Source: a virus
Taxonomy: Duplodnaviria; Caudoviricetes
Length of the DNA stretch: 64,000 nt
IMG/VR virus record: IMGVR_UViG_2791355125_000001
Span: 3,333 to 67,332 of that record
Direction: 5' to 3' (one strand)
A model generated the notes under the pieces. The model did no database searches. It was given only the letters and a program-made list of their open reading frames with translations, and was not told the DNA's origin. Position numbers and translations under genes: made by a program. Shown here in pieces: positions 19,722 to 28,657 of the stretch. Numbering within the stretch: position 1 is the stretch's first letter; the number at the start of each line of letters is the position of its first letter.

Positions 19722-21848
19722 CTACCTCAACCATCCGCCGCTGCGTCGTTGGCGACGCATTTGCCGTGGAGCGGCCTTTTCCACTTTCGGGGGCGCGTCC
19801 GGCCCGGGTGCGCTGACGATCTTTACCGCGTAGGGGTTCTTTTCGATCGGCCCCGCCCACGGTGGCGGGTTCCCCCAGTCGATCTTCTCGGCCTTGAGCA
19901 CGATCGCCAGCGCTCTGGCGTAGACGGCCAGGTCGAGCGATTCATTTCGGATGCCCTGCTTTTTCGGGTCCCAGCCTGTGTCTGTCCTGAGCTCCGCGCA
20001 GAATTCTGCGAAGGCGGCATCGGATAGGCCGTCCGGCAGGTGATAGGCGTTCGGCCCAGGTTCTTTGCGCGTCAGCGCCAGGGCCACCTCATCCTTGAGT
20101 GGGTCGGTTCCGACCATGACGAGGCGAATGTCGGTTTTCCGCCGCTTGCTCGTCCCGAGCACCTTTTCCGGCGCCTGGTAAACTGCCCGCTCCCGGTTGA
20201 GCCCGCCGCGTCCCTTGGCCAGATAGAGCCTTTGCCCATAGCCGCGCTTTCGCATGGCGCGCAGAAACTTGTAGGCGTTGGCCGTCACACCGGCCGCACC
20301 GCCCGAGTCGATGATCACCGCCCGCGGCAGCAGCGAGAAACCCGTCCCTGCCACCGGATAGGCGAGATCAAAGAGCGGTTCGAGAACCGCCCAATCCTCC
20401 ACATAGCGGCCCGGATCGAGCGCGCGCCGCGGCTTTCCATCCGGGCCGGGTTCCGCTCCCGGTGCCGTTGCCGGCGGCTCGATGATGTCGAACCGGTCGA
20501 TCAGCCAACGCTCGAGACCTTCGCCCACTGCCTCGGCAGAAACCACGAAACGTCCGCCCTGCACGTCGACCTGGATCGTCGTGAACCGAGCGGCCTCGGG
20601 AATGACGCGCATCGGGAAGCGCTGCGCCAGCGCCTTCAACGTCTCGACTGCCAGCGCATCGCCGACCAGGCGAACCATCGGCTGATGCGGGCGCCCCTGG
20701 TCCAGGGTGACGGTCGCCTTTAACGCCTTCTCGTCGCCCCGCTCGTCGAAGGCGGCCTTGGCCTGCAGGTAGCGAAGCACGAGTTGTTCCCAACTCTGCA
20801 TCGCCGCCACCGGTCCCTCGCACCAATAGGACGCGACATCCGTATCGCGCACCGCTGGGTCGTCGATCTCGACGAGGCTTTGGCCGTCGTTTGTCTCATG
20901 CAACCAGACGCCGGCCGCGTTCATGTCGCGCTTGCGGTCAGGCCCGATCACGCACCCATGCGGGCAAGCCATGAAGGTAGTCTTGGCGCTCTCGCCGGCG
21001 CTACCCTTCGTCTCCCAGTGGAGGGATGCGAAAAGCGGCTGGAACGCTGTCCGGCAGTGCGGGCAGTCCCAATAGACCTTCCCGCGCGTGCCCTGGTTGA
21101 ACTCCGACAGGATGCCGGAACACGGTGGCGCCTCGTGCAGCGTCGCCGGTTCCCAGTCGTCACGCTCGATCACTCGACCAGGCGAGCCCTCGCACACCGT
21201 CATCCCGAGAGAGCCGGCGTGCTGAGTGCGCTTCCTGGCTAGGAAGAAGCCCGACCCTTCGCCGTCGATATCCTCCGGGAAGCGGTCGTAGTCGGTCAGG
21301 AGGACGGTGAAATATTCGTTCTGCGAGAAGTAGCCGATCACCGGCCAGCGGATCTGCAGGTTCATTCCGCCTTGAAACTGCTTCTCATGAATGTTGTCGG
21401 CCCCGCGCCCTCTCATTTGGCGTTCCGCCAACTCTGAATTGGCCCGCAGCATCGGCGCCAGCTTGCGCTGCGAGAACTGCTTCGCTGAATCCTGCGTCTG
21501 GCAGACCACCAGAGTGTCGCGAGGCTTGCATGCGATCGCGTGCCCGACGGGGTTTAGGATCAGGCTTTCCGACTTCGCCGATCGTGATGGCCCGCAGAAC
21601 ACCACCGCACCATACTTGCGCGAGGTGAACATGCGCGCCGGCTCGTTCATGTAAGGCGCGAAGTCGGGAGACCACTTGCCCCGAAAGGTCGGCAGCGCAA
21701 TCCGCCGCTCTTCCTTTGCCCACTCCGGCACGCTCACCCGCTTTTGCGGGCTCAGTGATGGCCGCGCCTCGCGAATGACATCTCCGACCTGCGCAAAGTC
21801 CGGAGGCGCGACCGGCGGCAGGAACCGCGCCCAGACCTCATTACGCAT
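19722..21848 (-). CDS. terL: Terminase large subunit (gpA family)
   Basis: GPSRSAKSE Walker A variant, TDYDR, CPHC zinc motifs, VDVQ, IDSGG, RNESLD. Confidence 0.93.
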   Translation of the reverse strand: MRNEVWARFLPPVAPPDFAQVGDVIREARPSLSPQKRVSVPEWAKEERRIALPTFRGKWSPDFAPYMNEPARMFTSRKYGAVVFCGPSRSAKSESLILNPVGHAIACKPRDTLVVCQTQDSAKQFSQRKLAPMLRANSELAERQMRGRGADNIHEKQFQGGMNLQIRWPVIGYFSQNEYFTVLLTDYDRFPEDIDGEGSGFFLARKRTQHAGSLGMTVCEGSPGRVIERDDWEPATLHEAPPCSGILSEFNQGTRGKVYWDCPHCRTAFQPLFASLHWETKGSAGESAKTTFMACPHGCVIGPDRKRDMNAAGVWLHETNDGQSLVEIDDPAVRDTDVASYWCEGPVAAMQSWEQLVLRYLQAKAAFDERGDEKALKATVTLDQGRPHQPMVRLVGDALAVETLKALAQRFPMRVIPEAARFTTIQVDVQGGRFVVSAEAVGEGLERWLIDRFDIIEPPATAPGAEPGPDGKPRRALDPGRYVEDWAVLEPLFDLAYPVAGTGFSLLPRAVIIDSGGAAGVTANAYKFLRAMRKRGYGQRLYLAKGRGGLNRERAVYQAPEKVLGTSKRRKTDIRLVMVGTDPLKDEVALALTRKEPGPNAYHLPDGLSDAAFAEFCAELRTDTGWDPKKQGIRNESLDLAVYARALAIVLKAEKIDWGNPPPWAGPIEKNPYAVKIVSAPGPDAPPKVEKAAPRQMRRQRRSGGWLR

Positions 21849-22482
21849 CGAGCTTTTCCGAATTCAGACGGCTTACCCCTTCAGGCCTTGCTTGCCAGAA
21901 GGCGTCGACCCGGCGTGCGAATTCCTCGACGAGGCCGTCGCACACCTTCACCAGGTCATCGGCCGCCTTGGGCGGAATGGCGGTAACGCGCTCGACTTGG
22001 TCAGGCGCCGATTCCATCACGTCGCGCACCATGGCGAAGAGTTCGTCCAGCATCTTCCGCACGTCGTCGCGGCGCATCAGTTCGTTGCGATCCCGCTGGA
22101 ACGCCTCTTGCTCGCGCTGCGCGGCGATGATCTCGCGGCGTGTCTTTGGGTCGAGCGCCTCGACAGAGTCGGGGTCACCGCCGACGATCGCAAGCCGCAG
22201 CGCTGCCTGCGCCCGCTTTACCGTCTCGCTGCGAAGATCCTCCTCGCGCCTTTTGGCCTGCCGCCACGCCCAGCAGTGAGAAAGCCGCAATTCATAGGGG
22301 CGGCCCTGCGAGCCGACTTGCTGCACCGGCATCCCATCGCCGAGCCAGGCCGTCACCGTGTTTGTCGAGACGACAAGCGCGTCGGCCAGTTCCTCGCGGG
22401 TCATGACGCAGTCGTCCACGCCATCGGGCAGCGGATACTGCTTCACCAACGCTTCGATGTCTGATTGCGTGAGTTGATCCAT
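21841..22482 (-). CDS. terS: Terminase small subunit (Nu1-like HTH)
   Basis: TREELADAL.VS.NTVTAW...GMP HTH, upstream of terL. Confidence 0.85.
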   Translation of the reverse strand: MDQLTQSDIEALVKQYPLPDGVDDCVMTREELADALVVSTNTVTAWLGDGMPVQQVGSQGRPYELRLSHCWAWRQAKRREEDLRSETVKRAQAALRLAIVGGDPDSVEALDPKTRREIIAAQREQEAFQRDRNELMRRDDVRKMLDELFAMVRDVMESAPDQVERVTAIPPKAADDLVKVCDGLVEEFARRVDAFWQARPEGVSRLNSEKLDA

Positions 22483-22585
22483 GCTTTGCCGATTTTTCAA
22501 CGCCGCAGCTGGAGGTCACACGCCCCGGGAAAACAACAACAACCAAAACAGCAAGTAGGTCAGCAACCCAAATACCAAAAACGTC

Positions 22586-22631
22586 CGCGCTGCCGCCGTC
22601 CCCGCAGTGCATTTTGACCCAGGAAGGACCC
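22586..22631 (-). other. Lambda-like cos site (cosQ plus cosN)
   Basis: Minus strand GGGTCCT-N22-GGGACGGCGGCAG-CGCGG; lambda has GGGTCCT-N23-GGGCGGCGACCT-CGCGG; upstream of terS. Confidence 0.7.
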
Positions 22632-22693
22632 GCGACGGGGGGCGGGGTCTCCGGCCGGTCGGCCTTTAACTTTCGACCTGCCCCCTGCCGTCC

Positions 22694-22718
22694 GGATCAG
22701 TTACGGCGTTCGCGCGTT
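22694..22718 (+). promoter_or_regulatory. Possible EcfG-type promoter
   Basis: GGATC-N16-CGTT, one mismatch to GGAAC-N16/17-CGTT. Confidence 0.4.
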
Positions 22719-22744
22719 GGTGACCACCAATTGGGAGCAAATCA

Positions 22745-23050
22745 ATGAACGCCGCCAACTTGCAATTCGAAGGCCTGCTGATGGCCATCGCATCAATCAA
22801 TCTCGTCCTAGTTCGGAAGGGCGTGCTCTCACCGCAGGAAATAGACGTGGCCTTGCGGAAGGCTGAGGCAAGCGTAGCGGTGACAGAACGGCCTGACGAC
22901 ATATCGCCTTCAAACCGCAATGCTTTCTGCTTCCCTATCAGACTGCTGCAACTGGCCAATCAATGTCAGCCGGAGGCGGATATACCGTCGTACTCCGAAC
23001 TGGCTCAAATGGTTGGCCAAATGGAAGAGCCTCGTGACAACGGTGTGTAG
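22745..23050 (+). CDS. Hypothetical protein (moron)
   Basis: GGGAG SD; 101 aa, opposite strand to the phage operon. Confidence 0.7.
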   Translation: MNAANLQFEGLLMAIASINLVLVRKGVLSPQEIDVALRKAEASVAVTERPDDISPSNRNAFCFPIRLLQLANQCQPEADIPSYSELAQMVGQMEEPRDNGV

Positions 23051-23227
23051 TTCACGGTCGGTTCCACGGATGCCGCGGATCTACCGGCCGATCGACGTCC
23101 GAGCCGATCGTGTAGCCTCTCGCTTCCTCTCGCTGGATCAGCTATTGCCTTGAGGCGGAAGCCGATGCCGGCGTGACTGATCTAATTGCAGGTCACATTT
23201 GGACGGCATGTTCCATTAGTATAACGT

Positions 23228-23304
23228 GCGCTCGTAGCTCAATTGGATAGAGCATCGGACTTCGAATCCGCAGGTTGCAGGTTCAACCCCTGCCGAGCGC
23301 ACCA
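23228..23304 (+). tRNA. tRNA-Arg(UCG)
   Basis: Acceptor stem GCGCTCG/CGAGCGC, D-arm AGCTCAATTGGATAGAGC, anticodon loop CT-TCG-AA, T-arm GCAGG TTCAACC CCTGC, encoded CCA. Confidence 0.9.
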
Positions 23305-23350
23305 CTGTTCGCGACGAGAGAGTCTGGTGAGCCTCCGGGCTAGCGGCCAA

Positions 23351-23375
23351 GGAACCTTCACTTTGGGAATTTGTT
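23351..23375 (+). promoter_or_regulatory. EcfG-type promoter
   Basis: GGAAC-N17-GTT ending 7 nt before the ATG at 23383. Confidence 0.5.
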
Positions 23376-23382
23376 CTGGTGA

Positions 23383-23700
23383 ATGGATATCAGCCGCGTA
23401 CTGACGTCACTGGGAACGATGGCTTCTCGCCCATCGGCATTTCTTGTGCTGATCGCTTATACCGCGCTGTGGTTGATATTCGATAGGTCAACTCTGGAGT
23501 GGCACGGCATTGCCACCTTGGCGACGTGGGCGATGACGCTCGTCATCCAACGCGCCGAACATCGCGATACCCAAGCCCTGCACGCCAAGCTTGATGAGCT
23601 CCTTCGCTCAGACAGAAAGGCAGACAATATCACCCGTATCGATCAGCAAGAGCCAGAGGACATCGAAGAACATCGCGATCGCGAGCAGCGAAACGATTGA
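23383..23700 (+). CDS. Low-affinity iron permease (Fet4-like) family protein
   Basis: Two TM segments then IQRAEHRDTQALHAKLDELL. Confidence 0.85.
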   Translation: MDISRVLTSLGTMASRPSAFLVLIAYTALWLIFDRSTLEWHGIATLATWAMTLVIQRAEHRDTQALHAKLDELLRSDRKADNITRIDQQEPEDIEEHRDREQRND

Positions 23701-23871
23701 CCGCAACCGACGCTCTTGGTGGCTCGTGCTACCTGGGCAGCCGGTTGGCATTAGCGCGGATCACCGCGAAGCTGCGTTTTGCTCTGCTTGCCGTCGACGG
23801 TAATCCGGCCGCTTGCCAATGGGCGCCGCTGGCGATTTACTTTCAAGTGAACGTCTTGCTGGAGGGGAACA

Positions 23872-24102
23872 ATGGCCGACATCAACTACAGCCATCGTCA
23901 TCGCTGGAACGGACAGTATATTTCGAGCACGACCGGGACGATCAGTGTCGGGGATATCCGCGACGCGATTGCAGCGTATCCCGATGACGCAAACGTGCAC
24001 CTCAGTGTGTGCGACCACGGGGGTATTCAGCACATATTCGGCTTCAAAAGCCGCGGTCCGAATGACATCCAGTTTCTTGTTAGCGGTTCGGGAGACGATT
24101 AA
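23872..24102 (+). CDS. Hypothetical protein (moron)
   Basis: GGAGGGG SD; 76 aa. Confidence 0.6.
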   Translation: MADINYSHRHRWNGQYISSTTGTISVGDIRDAIAAYPDDANVHLSVCDHGGIQHIFGFKSRGPNDIQFLVSGSGDD

Positions 24103-24217
24103 CTTCGCCCAACCTTCCGCGCAGCGTCGCTGACGTCTCGTAGGCCTCGTCCACATTCTTGCCCGCCGCAAGAGCTTGGGCGAAGCTCTCATGTCGGACA
24201 TTGCTCAGAGCAGGCAT
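24080..24217 (-). pseudogene. Remnant N-terminus of a different terminase small subunit
   Basis: MPALSNVRHESFAQALAAGKNVDEAY resembles a TerS N-terminus, then degenerates. Confidence 0.55.
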
Positions 24218-24239
24218 AGCATAACCTTGGGAGGGTCGG

Positions 24240-24656
24240 GTGGTCGTCGCTACGGTTGAATTTCGAAACATTGCTGGGACTGAAGCCGCGTTGGGATGGG
24301 CAGGCAGTCATACAGTCGTTGTTGATCGCCCCGAGGGCAAAGCGGGCGGAAAGGATTTGGGCTTTAACGGCGCCCAACTGCTCGGTTTGGCTATCGGCGG
24401 GTGCTACTGCAATGACCTTCGGTATGTCGCTCACAACCTCGGCCACGAGATCGGCGAGATATCTGTTCGGGTTACCGTCAACTTGGAGGGATCACCTCTC
24501 ATCGCGACTAAAGCCGATGTAGAGGTTCATCTTGAGATGTCGGATGGCGGCGACCCATCAGACCTCATTAAAAAGGCGTGGGAGGTTTGCACCGTCGCCA
24601 ACTCTTTACGAAGAGGCATTCCTGTTTCGTTGACGAACGTTGGTCAGGACCTCTGA
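24240..24656 (+). CDS. OsmC/Ohr family protein
   Basis: GGKDLGFNG.QLL.LAIGGC and CTVANSL conserved cysteines; GGGAGG SD. Confidence 0.85.
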   Translation: MVVATVEFRNIAGTEAALGWAGSHTVVVDRPEGKAGGKDLGFNGAQLLGLAIGGCYCNDLRYVAHNLGHEIGEISVRVTVNLEGSPLIATKADVEVHLEMSDGGDPSDLIKKAWEVCTVANSLRRGIPVSLTNVGQDL

Positions 24657-24994
24657 TTACTGCCCTAGTCGGACCCTCTCGGGCCAGTCTCTCACAAGGA
24701 CTTTGCGACACGCTTAGCCGACCGCGGCTATCTTCGGCGGCCGTCGCCTACAGGGCCATACGTCTCTGATGCTGGCTGAAATATCGCCGATTTCCCGGGT
24801 AACAGGCAACACCCTCAGAAGGCTGTTTCCGTTATGCGCTGACGCATCTCTGGGCAGTTGGCCGTTTCTGGTGGCAGGGATCGCCCCGCCACACGTCTCC
24901 GATGCTGCCAATAAGATGCCTTGTTTCGGGGGTCTCGGGCAACCCCATCAGAGTACCGTCATCGTAATTCTAGACGGTGCTCCGAACCACTTCC

Positions 24995-25200
24995 GGCCTC
25001 TGGCGCGTGACCGTGGCCATCATATCCAAATCTATACCCGAAACTGGCGACCTTGGCACCACCGGCGATCAGCCAAGGCCTTGTAACGATTTGGCATTTT
25101 TAAGGGTTAGGCGCGCAACACCTTCGGTAACAACGCCCCGGCGGCATTCCGCCACCCTACGCCGATGCTGCTGATTTCTTCCTGAGATCCCACGGCTGGC
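24995..25200 (-). pseudogene. Remnant of the late regulator gene, homologous to the 3' part of 39175-39798, retaining a promoter-like motif
   Basis: VARLTLKNAKSLQGLG*SPVVP....GIDLDMMATVT aligns with VARQILKNAQSLQGPSWSRVVP....RIDLDNLATVT; TGG changed to TGA. Confidence 0.75.
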
Positions 25201-25323
25201 CGGTTCATGCGATGCGCCGATCGTACCAATAAAATGCCTGATTTCAGGGGGTAATGGCAACACCCCCTTCGGTCATGCAAATGGCATTTGCCGGAAACTT
25301 CGACCCGTCGACGGCCAGTGGCA

Positions 25324-26178
25324 TCAGTAGGCGTAGGCAAGCTGCTTTTCGATCAGGCTAGGTTCCGCCGGAGCCAGCACGCTATCCCTGCCAAGCTCGG
25401 AGAGTTCGTCGGCCCGTTCATTGCCAATAATCCCGGCATGTCCCTTGCACCACTCGAGCTTGATCGGGACGGCAGTCAGCGCCTCGTCGAGTGCCTGCCA
25501 TAACTCCAGGTTGGCAATCGCGGCGTTCTCGGGTTTCGCCTTCGGACCTCCACGTTTCCAGCCTTTCGCCTTCCAGCCGTGCCGCCAATCGTTGCAACCA
25601 TTGACAGTATACTGGCTATCCGAAAACAGCCGCACCGGCTCGACGATGCCGCGCTCGGCAAACCAGCGCAGCGCCATCAGAGCCGCCGTGAGTTCCATGG
25701 TTTGGTTGGTAGCGGAAAGATCGCCGCCGTGGTCGGAATGGATCTCTATGCCGTCGCGATAGACGACGAAGCCCCAACCGCCGACGCCGGGATTGGGGTG
25801 ACAAGCACCGTCGGCGTAGATCACGAGGCCGGACGGGATAGTCCGGTCGAAAGATGCCGGGTTCCGCGCGCTCTTCTGGACGGTGCCGAAAAGATCGTTT
25901 TGCATCCTGCTCCCTTTAGGTTTCCAAGGTTTCTTGGTGGCGGCCGACCTCTCACTGGATTTGTTACCAGTGAACTGCATCTGCGGGCGATCCGCCGATA
26001 CATGTGATCCGATCACACGTGAGCCCGGCGCAACCTTCGTCACAGGCCCGGTGTATCCGGCAAGAAGCCTGTCGGCCTGCCGGCGAAGCTCGTCCTTGGA
26101 AAGGCCGGCTTTGTCTTCGACGCCCTGACGCGCCATCCGCTTGCGATCATCGTTCTTCGCCCAATTGAATCCACTCAT
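25324..26178 (-). CDS. Ribonuclease HI domain protein with ~115-aa N-terminal extension
   Basis: IYADGAC.PNPG.GGWG, TNQTMEL, SDSQY, KGHAG..GNERAD; catalytic residues intact. Confidence 0.92.
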   Translation of the reverse strand: MSGFNWAKNDDRKRMARQGVEDKAGLSKDELRRQADRLLAGYTGPVTKVAPGSRVIGSHVSADRPQMQFTGNKSSERSAATKKPWKPKGSRMQNDLFGTVQKSARNPASFDRTIPSGLVIYADGACHPNPGVGGWGFVVYRDGIEIHSDHGGDLSATNQTMELTAALMALRWFAERGIVEPVRLFSDSQYTVNGCNDWRHGWKAKGWKRGGPKAKPENAAIANLELWQALDEALTAVPIKLEWCKGHAGIIGNERADELSELGRDSVLAPAEPSLIEKQLAYAY

Positions 26179-26972
26179 GCTGCCTTCCTCCTCTTCCGGC
26201 ATCGTTGGAACCAAGTTGAAGCCAAGCCCTTCCAAACCGGGCATCCATGTGTAGCGGCGAACCGCTTCGCCTCGGTCTCGGCTGATCCGTTCATGGCGAG
26301 GATCGTCGCTGTCAGGTCTACGCCCTCAACCGCACCACCGAATTCCATATCGGTCATCAGGTATTCCGCGGCCTTGATGTGCGTGGCCGTAATCGGCGCC
26401 AGATCCGCCTTGGCCAGTATTTCGAGGTACTGCCTGGCGCGCATGGCGCCGCGGCGGCCTATCAATGACTGGATCGCAGCGATGGCGATACAGTCGCCCG
26501 GCCTGAACCCTGCCGATGGGTATTTCGGGATGCGGACGCCGGCGCGCTGGCAAACCTGCCTGATGGTCTCGGCGTCTTCGTCGTCCGCTGCCAGCTTGGC
26601 AAAAAACAACTCGAGCGCGCTGACGTTCTTCCGCGAGGCGTTGATCTCGACGAAGATCGAGGCTTCAGACTGGACGTCTTCGGCCTTCACTATCACGGCC
26701 GGAACGTACGTCACCATGGGATGACGCTTGGCCGCTTCAAGCCGGTGCTGGCCGTCCGTCGCGTGGAATCTGCCATCCTTCTGAGGCACGACGACAAGGG
26801 CGCCGAATGAGCGCCAGGAGAACGCTTTCAGGATTGCGTCGACACGGCCATCGTCGAGCGGTCGCTGATAGAGCGGATCAGCCTCGATAAGAGCCTTGTC
26901 AAGCCAGTCGAGCACCGGCACCTCGCCGGGATCAGGCAGCTTGATTGCGTTGATGGTGACAAGATTTGTCAT
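26175..26972 (-). CDS. ParB-like N-terminal domain protein (DUF6551-like)
   Basis: DPLYQR, F.WRSFG, DGQHR motifs. Confidence 0.8.
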   Translation of the reverse strand: MTNLVTINAIKLPDPGEVPVLDWLDKALIEADPLYQRPLDDGRVDAILKAFSWRSFGALVVVPQKDGRFHATDGQHRLEAAKRHPMVTYVPAVIVKAEDVQSEASIFVEINASRKNVSALELFFAKLAADDEDAETIRQVCQRAGVRIPKYPSAGFRPGDCIAIAAIQSLIGRRGAMRARQYLEILAKADLAPITATHIKAAEYLMTDMEFGGAVEGVDLTATILAMNGSAETEAKRFAATHGCPVWKGLASTWFQRCRKRRKAA

Positions 26973-27394
26973 CCCTGCCTCCCGAAGATGTGCGGCAAGG
27001 CCTCATGGACTTTGGCCAGGGCATCCGCTCTGGTTTTCGCGGCAAAGTCGGCGATGAGACGCGCCTTCTCCTCTCTGATCGCCCGATCTGCGGCGAAGCC
27101 GATCGCGAAGAGCTTGTCGCGGAGCGCCAGCATCTCGCCGGAGGTACTGGCCGCGGCAACCACGAGGTCTCGATAGCGCCGGCCGCCCGGTACCAGATAG
27201 GTCTTTGGCATGACGCGCTCGACCTGCAGCACTTCGAACTGGTCTTCGGCCTTGCGCAGGCAGTCCCAGCCAGACCCGCCATAGACGAGGTGCCCAAGGG
27301 CGCCTGCCATGTCGCGGTCCATGTGGCCTTGGTAAAAATGTTCAATGTAGGTCAGCACGTACTGACCGGCCTCGATGGGGATGAGCGCGGTCAT
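26969..27394 (-). CDS. Hypothetical phage protein; close paralog of 36534-36953
   Basis: Long identical peptide stretches shared with the prophage R copy. Confidence 0.8.
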   Translation of the reverse strand: MTALIPIEAGQYVLTYIEHFYQGHMDRDMAGALGHLVYGGSGWDCLRKAEDQFEVLQVERVMPKTYLVPGGRRYRDLVVAAASTSGEMLALRDKLFAIGFAADRAIREEKARLIADFAAKTRADALAKVHEALPHIFGRQG

Positions 27395-27436
27395 GCGGCA
27401 CCCCGCGCACGCGGATGTAGAACTCTACGATGATGC

Positions 27437-27507
27437 GGGGCTTCGCCCCTGCACCCCACGAGGGACTTAGTCCCTCGACCCATGCCGACCGCTACGCGGC
27501 CGGTCAT
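27437..27507. other. Cluster of three triloop hairpins, candidate replication origin or priming signal
   Basis: GGGGC-TTC-GCCCC, CGAGGGAC-TTA-GTCCCTCG, CCGC-TAC-GCGG. Confidence 0.5.
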
Positions 27508-27521
27508 CATGATTTCAGTGT

Positions 27522-27833
27522 TCATGCTGCACCATCCGGCGTTGAGCCATATTGCTTGTGAAGATTGAGGGAGCGACTGACGGCGGAACCGTAGCGCTGG
27601 ATTTCGTGATCTATCTGATGGGAAGAGAGGCCGAGGTCGCGAAGCGACTTACGCAGCTGCTTGATATGCGCGGCCCACCATTGCTGCCCAAGGTAGCGAT
27701 TGCGCGAGTCGAGCTCTTTTGCCGCCTCGCGGACCTCGCCAATCCGGAATTCCAACGGAAAAACCGCGACGGTTGGGGCTCTTATGATTTCAATGGTGAT
27801 AGGACCACGGTTGTCCGCATGAATGCCGGTCAT
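27522..27833 (-). CDS. Hypothetical protein (DUF6074-like)
   Basis: VAVFPL..RIG.VR..A..L...WW pattern; ATGA coupling. Confidence 0.65.
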   Translation of the reverse strand: MTGIHADNRGPITIEIIRAPTVAVFPLEFRIGEVREAAKELDSRNRYLGQQWWAAHIKQLRKSLRDLGLSSHQIDHEIQRYGSAVSRSLNLHKQYGSTPDGAA

Positions 27834-28357
27834 TCGCAGTCTCCATCCGGACCACTGTTGTCCGCATCAAAGTCGCTTGGCTCAATCCCGATCCTGGGGT
27901 CGAACACAGCTGGCACAGCCAACCGAATGGTTCGCGTTCTCTTGAAGTTGCCGCCGTTCGGCCGGCGCCAACCAAGTCCGACCGAAATGACCCCCATGTT
28001 CCGATATGCGGCGATCTGACGACGGACCTTCCTGGTTGAGCACCTTCCGGCCGCCTCAGCAAACTGCTCGTCTGTGGCGTAAATCTCGCCCTTCTTCCAA
28101 AACAGGAATTGTTCGAAGGTGCTGATCGTCTGGAAGCTGTAACCAGCATCGTCGATGATCTGGTTTGCGATGAACTGCCATGCCCGGAACGCCTTTCGTT
28201 GCTCCGGGCGCGTCGTAGGCCACAGCCAGTTGCGAGACGGCTGGACGTCAAACGTCCGGTGTTTTCCGGATCTGGCGGCGTCAGGCACAACCTCGCTACG
28301 GCGCTGCGGATCGAAGGTATCGGGGATCGCGCCGAGGTGTGGTGCAGCCATGCTCAA
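27830..28357 (-). CDS. Winged-helix protein, candidate replication initiator
   Basis: YATDEQFAEAAG.CSTRKVRRQIAAYRNMGVI HTH; early position. Confidence 0.55.
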   Translation of the reverse strand: MSMAAPHLGAIPDTFDPQRRSEVVPDAARSGKHRTFDVQPSRNWLWPTTRPEQRKAFRAWQFIANQIIDDAGYSFQTISTFEQFLFWKKGEIYATDEQFAEAAGRCSTRKVRRQIAAYRNMGVISVGLGWRRPNGGNFKRTRTIRLAVPAVFDPRIGIEPSDFDADNSGPDGDCE

Positions 28358-28539
28358 GCCGCGTCCTCCAAGAAGAAGCTGACCAGCTTCCTACGGGAAG
28401 CCACCCAGCGTTCACCGACCTGCTTGGCCGGCAACTTACCGGTGCGCAGCAGATAATGGGTTTGCGTCGGCGTCCTGGCGATCACCTTGGCAATCGCCTC
28501 TGCACCCCAGACGAGATCGAGAGATTCTTCATTATCCAT
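28354..28539 (-). CDS. Xis/AlpA-like DNA-binding protein
   Basis: LVWGAEAIAK...GKLPAKQVG.RWVASR motif; divergent from the repressor-integrase unit. Confidence 0.8.
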   Translation of the reverse strand: MDNEESLDLVWGAEAIAKVIARTPTQTHYLLRTGKLPAKQVGERWVASRRKLVSFFLEDAA

Positions 28540-28562
28540 TTAAATCAGGCTCCTATCGGCGA

Positions 28563-28635
28563 TATCCAGTGGATAATGGCCCATTCTTATCCAATGGATA
28601 TCATTGACGTCAAGGGGCATTTTATCCAATGGATA
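28563..28635. promoter_or_regulatory. Three palindromic operators TATCCA(G/A)TGGATA
   Basis: Copies at 28563-28575, 28588-28600, 28623-28635; TTGACGTCAA palindrome at 28604-28613. Confidence 0.85.
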
Positions 28636-28657
28636 TACGTTCACAGGGATTACGTCA

